From assembly GCF_963921235.1 (NCBI RefSeq), contig NC_086097.1:176888001-176952000 (forward strand): a stretch of 64,000 nt of DNA. The letters are read 5' to 3'. Below, one piece after another: positions 62,085 to 64,000 of the stretch; positions within the stretch are counted from its first letter, which is position 1, and each line of letters opens with the position of its first letter. The notes under the pieces were generated by a model. It saw only the letters and a program-made list of their open reading frames with translations, searched no databases and was not told where the DNA came from. Both the position numbers and the translations under genes were made by a program. The stretch comes from Mobula hypostoma. Lineage: Eukaryota.

Positions 62085-62290
62085 AATACTTTATACTTTA
62101 TACTTTATTGTCGCCAAACAATTGGTACTAGACCATACAATCATCACAGCGATATTTGATTCTGCGCTTCACACTCCCTGGATTACAAATATTAAATATT
62201 AAAAATAGTTAAAATTAGTAAATATTCAAAATTTAAATTATCAATCATAAATAGAAAATCGAAAAGTGGGAAGTAAGGTAGTGCAAAAAA
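62085..62290 (-). mobile_element. LINE 3' tail fragment with (TATAAAG)n end
   Basis: (ATACTTT)3 followed by TTTATT, the reverse complement of AATAAA. Confidence 0.55.
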
Positions 62291-64000
62291 TAGTGTTCTG
62301 TGATCAAATTTGCATACAGTTAAGTTTAGGTCTGTACACAGAACCTCCTATAGTGCATGCCAGCATAACTGAAGACCTCACCCGCTCCAGACATTCATTC
62401 TTCTCCCTTCTCCCAGTGGACAGAAGTTACAAAATCCTGAAAGCACTTGCTGTCAAGCTCAAGGGCAGCTTCTATCCCATTGTTATCAGACTCTTGAACA
62501 GCCCTCTTCTATGACGAGCTGAATTCCTGACCTCACCATCTACCTCATTATGATCTTATACTTTATCGTTTACCTGCACTGCACTTTTTCTGCAGTTTTT
62601 ACACTTCATTCTGCAATGTTATTGTTCTACCTTAATATACCTCAACACACTGATCTGTATGAACAGCATGTAGGACAAGCTTTTCACTGTATATTTGTAA
62701 TGGGACAATAGTAAAACAAAATCAATGGCAATAACACTCAAAACGCAGAACTGTTTCCCACCTGTTCTCAGTCTGAAGTTGTTTCAATGCCTTAGTAAGC
62801 TGTAAAATATGAGCATTTGTTTATTATATTGTCCTCATTGAGTGAGTGTTATCAGATATCCCTCCATGTTAAGACATCTGTTAGCCAAAAGGAACTGGTG
62901 CATCTGTAACTTTGATGAATGCAGTTGTTTAGTGTAGCTGCAGAGACTGGATAGTTTCATATTTCACCCAGACAGGGTATTAGTCACCAGCTTTGGTGAA
63001 AGCAAAAGGGCAGGAGACAGATTGAAAATTGAGAGAGATGAATAAGCGATCCATTATATTGTCCTGACAATTCCACTTTGTGACTGGAGTTCGCTTTGAT
63101 GTACTGATGACATTGGAACTCAGCATGTTTGATCGAACTGTCAAGGTAACTGCAAAAAAGAAATCATATTCTTCCACACCACCCAACCACGATTGCTAAT
63201 CAAAGGAGCAAAGTCATCTCACTAACCCCTTCCAAAAATTCATAAGTTCCAGAATGATTCCGAGATGTTGGAAAAAGTAATCCCACTATTTCAGAGAGGG
63301 GTGGTGAAAACAAAAACTATAGTTATCCCAGCACCGATAGCAGAAGAAATTCTAGAAGTTATTATTAAAGCATTGCCAGCAGGAAGTTCTGAATAATAAG
63401 AGGTTTTGTATATCGATATTGGTCTTGATCTATGTACTGAGATGCAGAGAAAAACTATATTTCTGTGCCATATAGGCAGATCATGAAACCCTGGGGAAAT
63501 GTGGTCTGATTGTGTGTTGGTTAACATGGATAGAATCACCTAAAGGTCTGTTTCTGTGTGTATGCAGTACTGTACATCTTTATGACTAATTTCTTAATCT
63601 TATTTAAGCTGGAAAGACTACAACGAAGATTTGCGAGAATGCTGTCAGGACTCGAGGGCCTGACTTCTGGGGAGAAGTTGGGTAAGTCAGCACTCTAGAA
63701 AACTTCTGCAGATGTATGGTAAAGAGCATTCTGACTGGTTGCATCTCAGCCTGGTACGCAGGCTCCAATACACAGAGGTTGTAGACTCAGCCAGCATCAT
63801 CACAGACACAACCCTCATCATCACTGAGGAGATCTTCAAAGGCAGTGCTTCAGGAAGGCAGCATCCATCACCAAGTACTCTCACCATTCTCATTACTATC
63901 AAAGAGGGGGGGCAGGTACAGTAGCCTGAAGAGAAAATTCTATGATTCAGGAACAGCTTCTTGCCATCCAACAGTCCATAAACACCATCTTTGCACTATT

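Noticed and set aside
63100..63145. Possible C/D snoRNA (TGATGA)
   Set aside because: No convincing D box with a terminal stem

Overview
This is eukaryotic, repeat-saturated DNA. The repeat mix (CR1, Rex1/Babar, Penelope-like elements, V-type SINEs) suggests a cartilaginous fish, probably a ray (inference). I recognise no host protein-coding gene. Every ORF with recognisable homology belongs to a transposable element: a near-intact Neptune-type Penelope-like element (PLE; RT plus GIY-YIG, 40467-43700), a young CR1 RT, several Rex1-type RT fragments, an RNase H-bearing I/Nimb-type LINE, a decayed near-full-length CR1, and hAT and Tigger remnants. The window also holds 2-3 solo LTRs, tRNA-derived SINEs and a 2-kb C/A-rich minisatellite with higher-order repeats. 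The most interesting system is the PLE family. Its 3' ends carry a minimal type I hammerhead ribozyme with a loopless palindromic stem III (intact at 40562-40597 and 52006-52041, decayed in about 10 more copies), followed by a conserved terminal stem-loop. Its insertions repeatedly show ~13-bp TSDs. Two copies share the same frame break between RT and endonuclease, and one copy carries an exact 62-bp duplicate of nearby chromosomal DNA at its 5' junction. Coordinates were read by eye, and the boundaries of decayed repeats are approximate.
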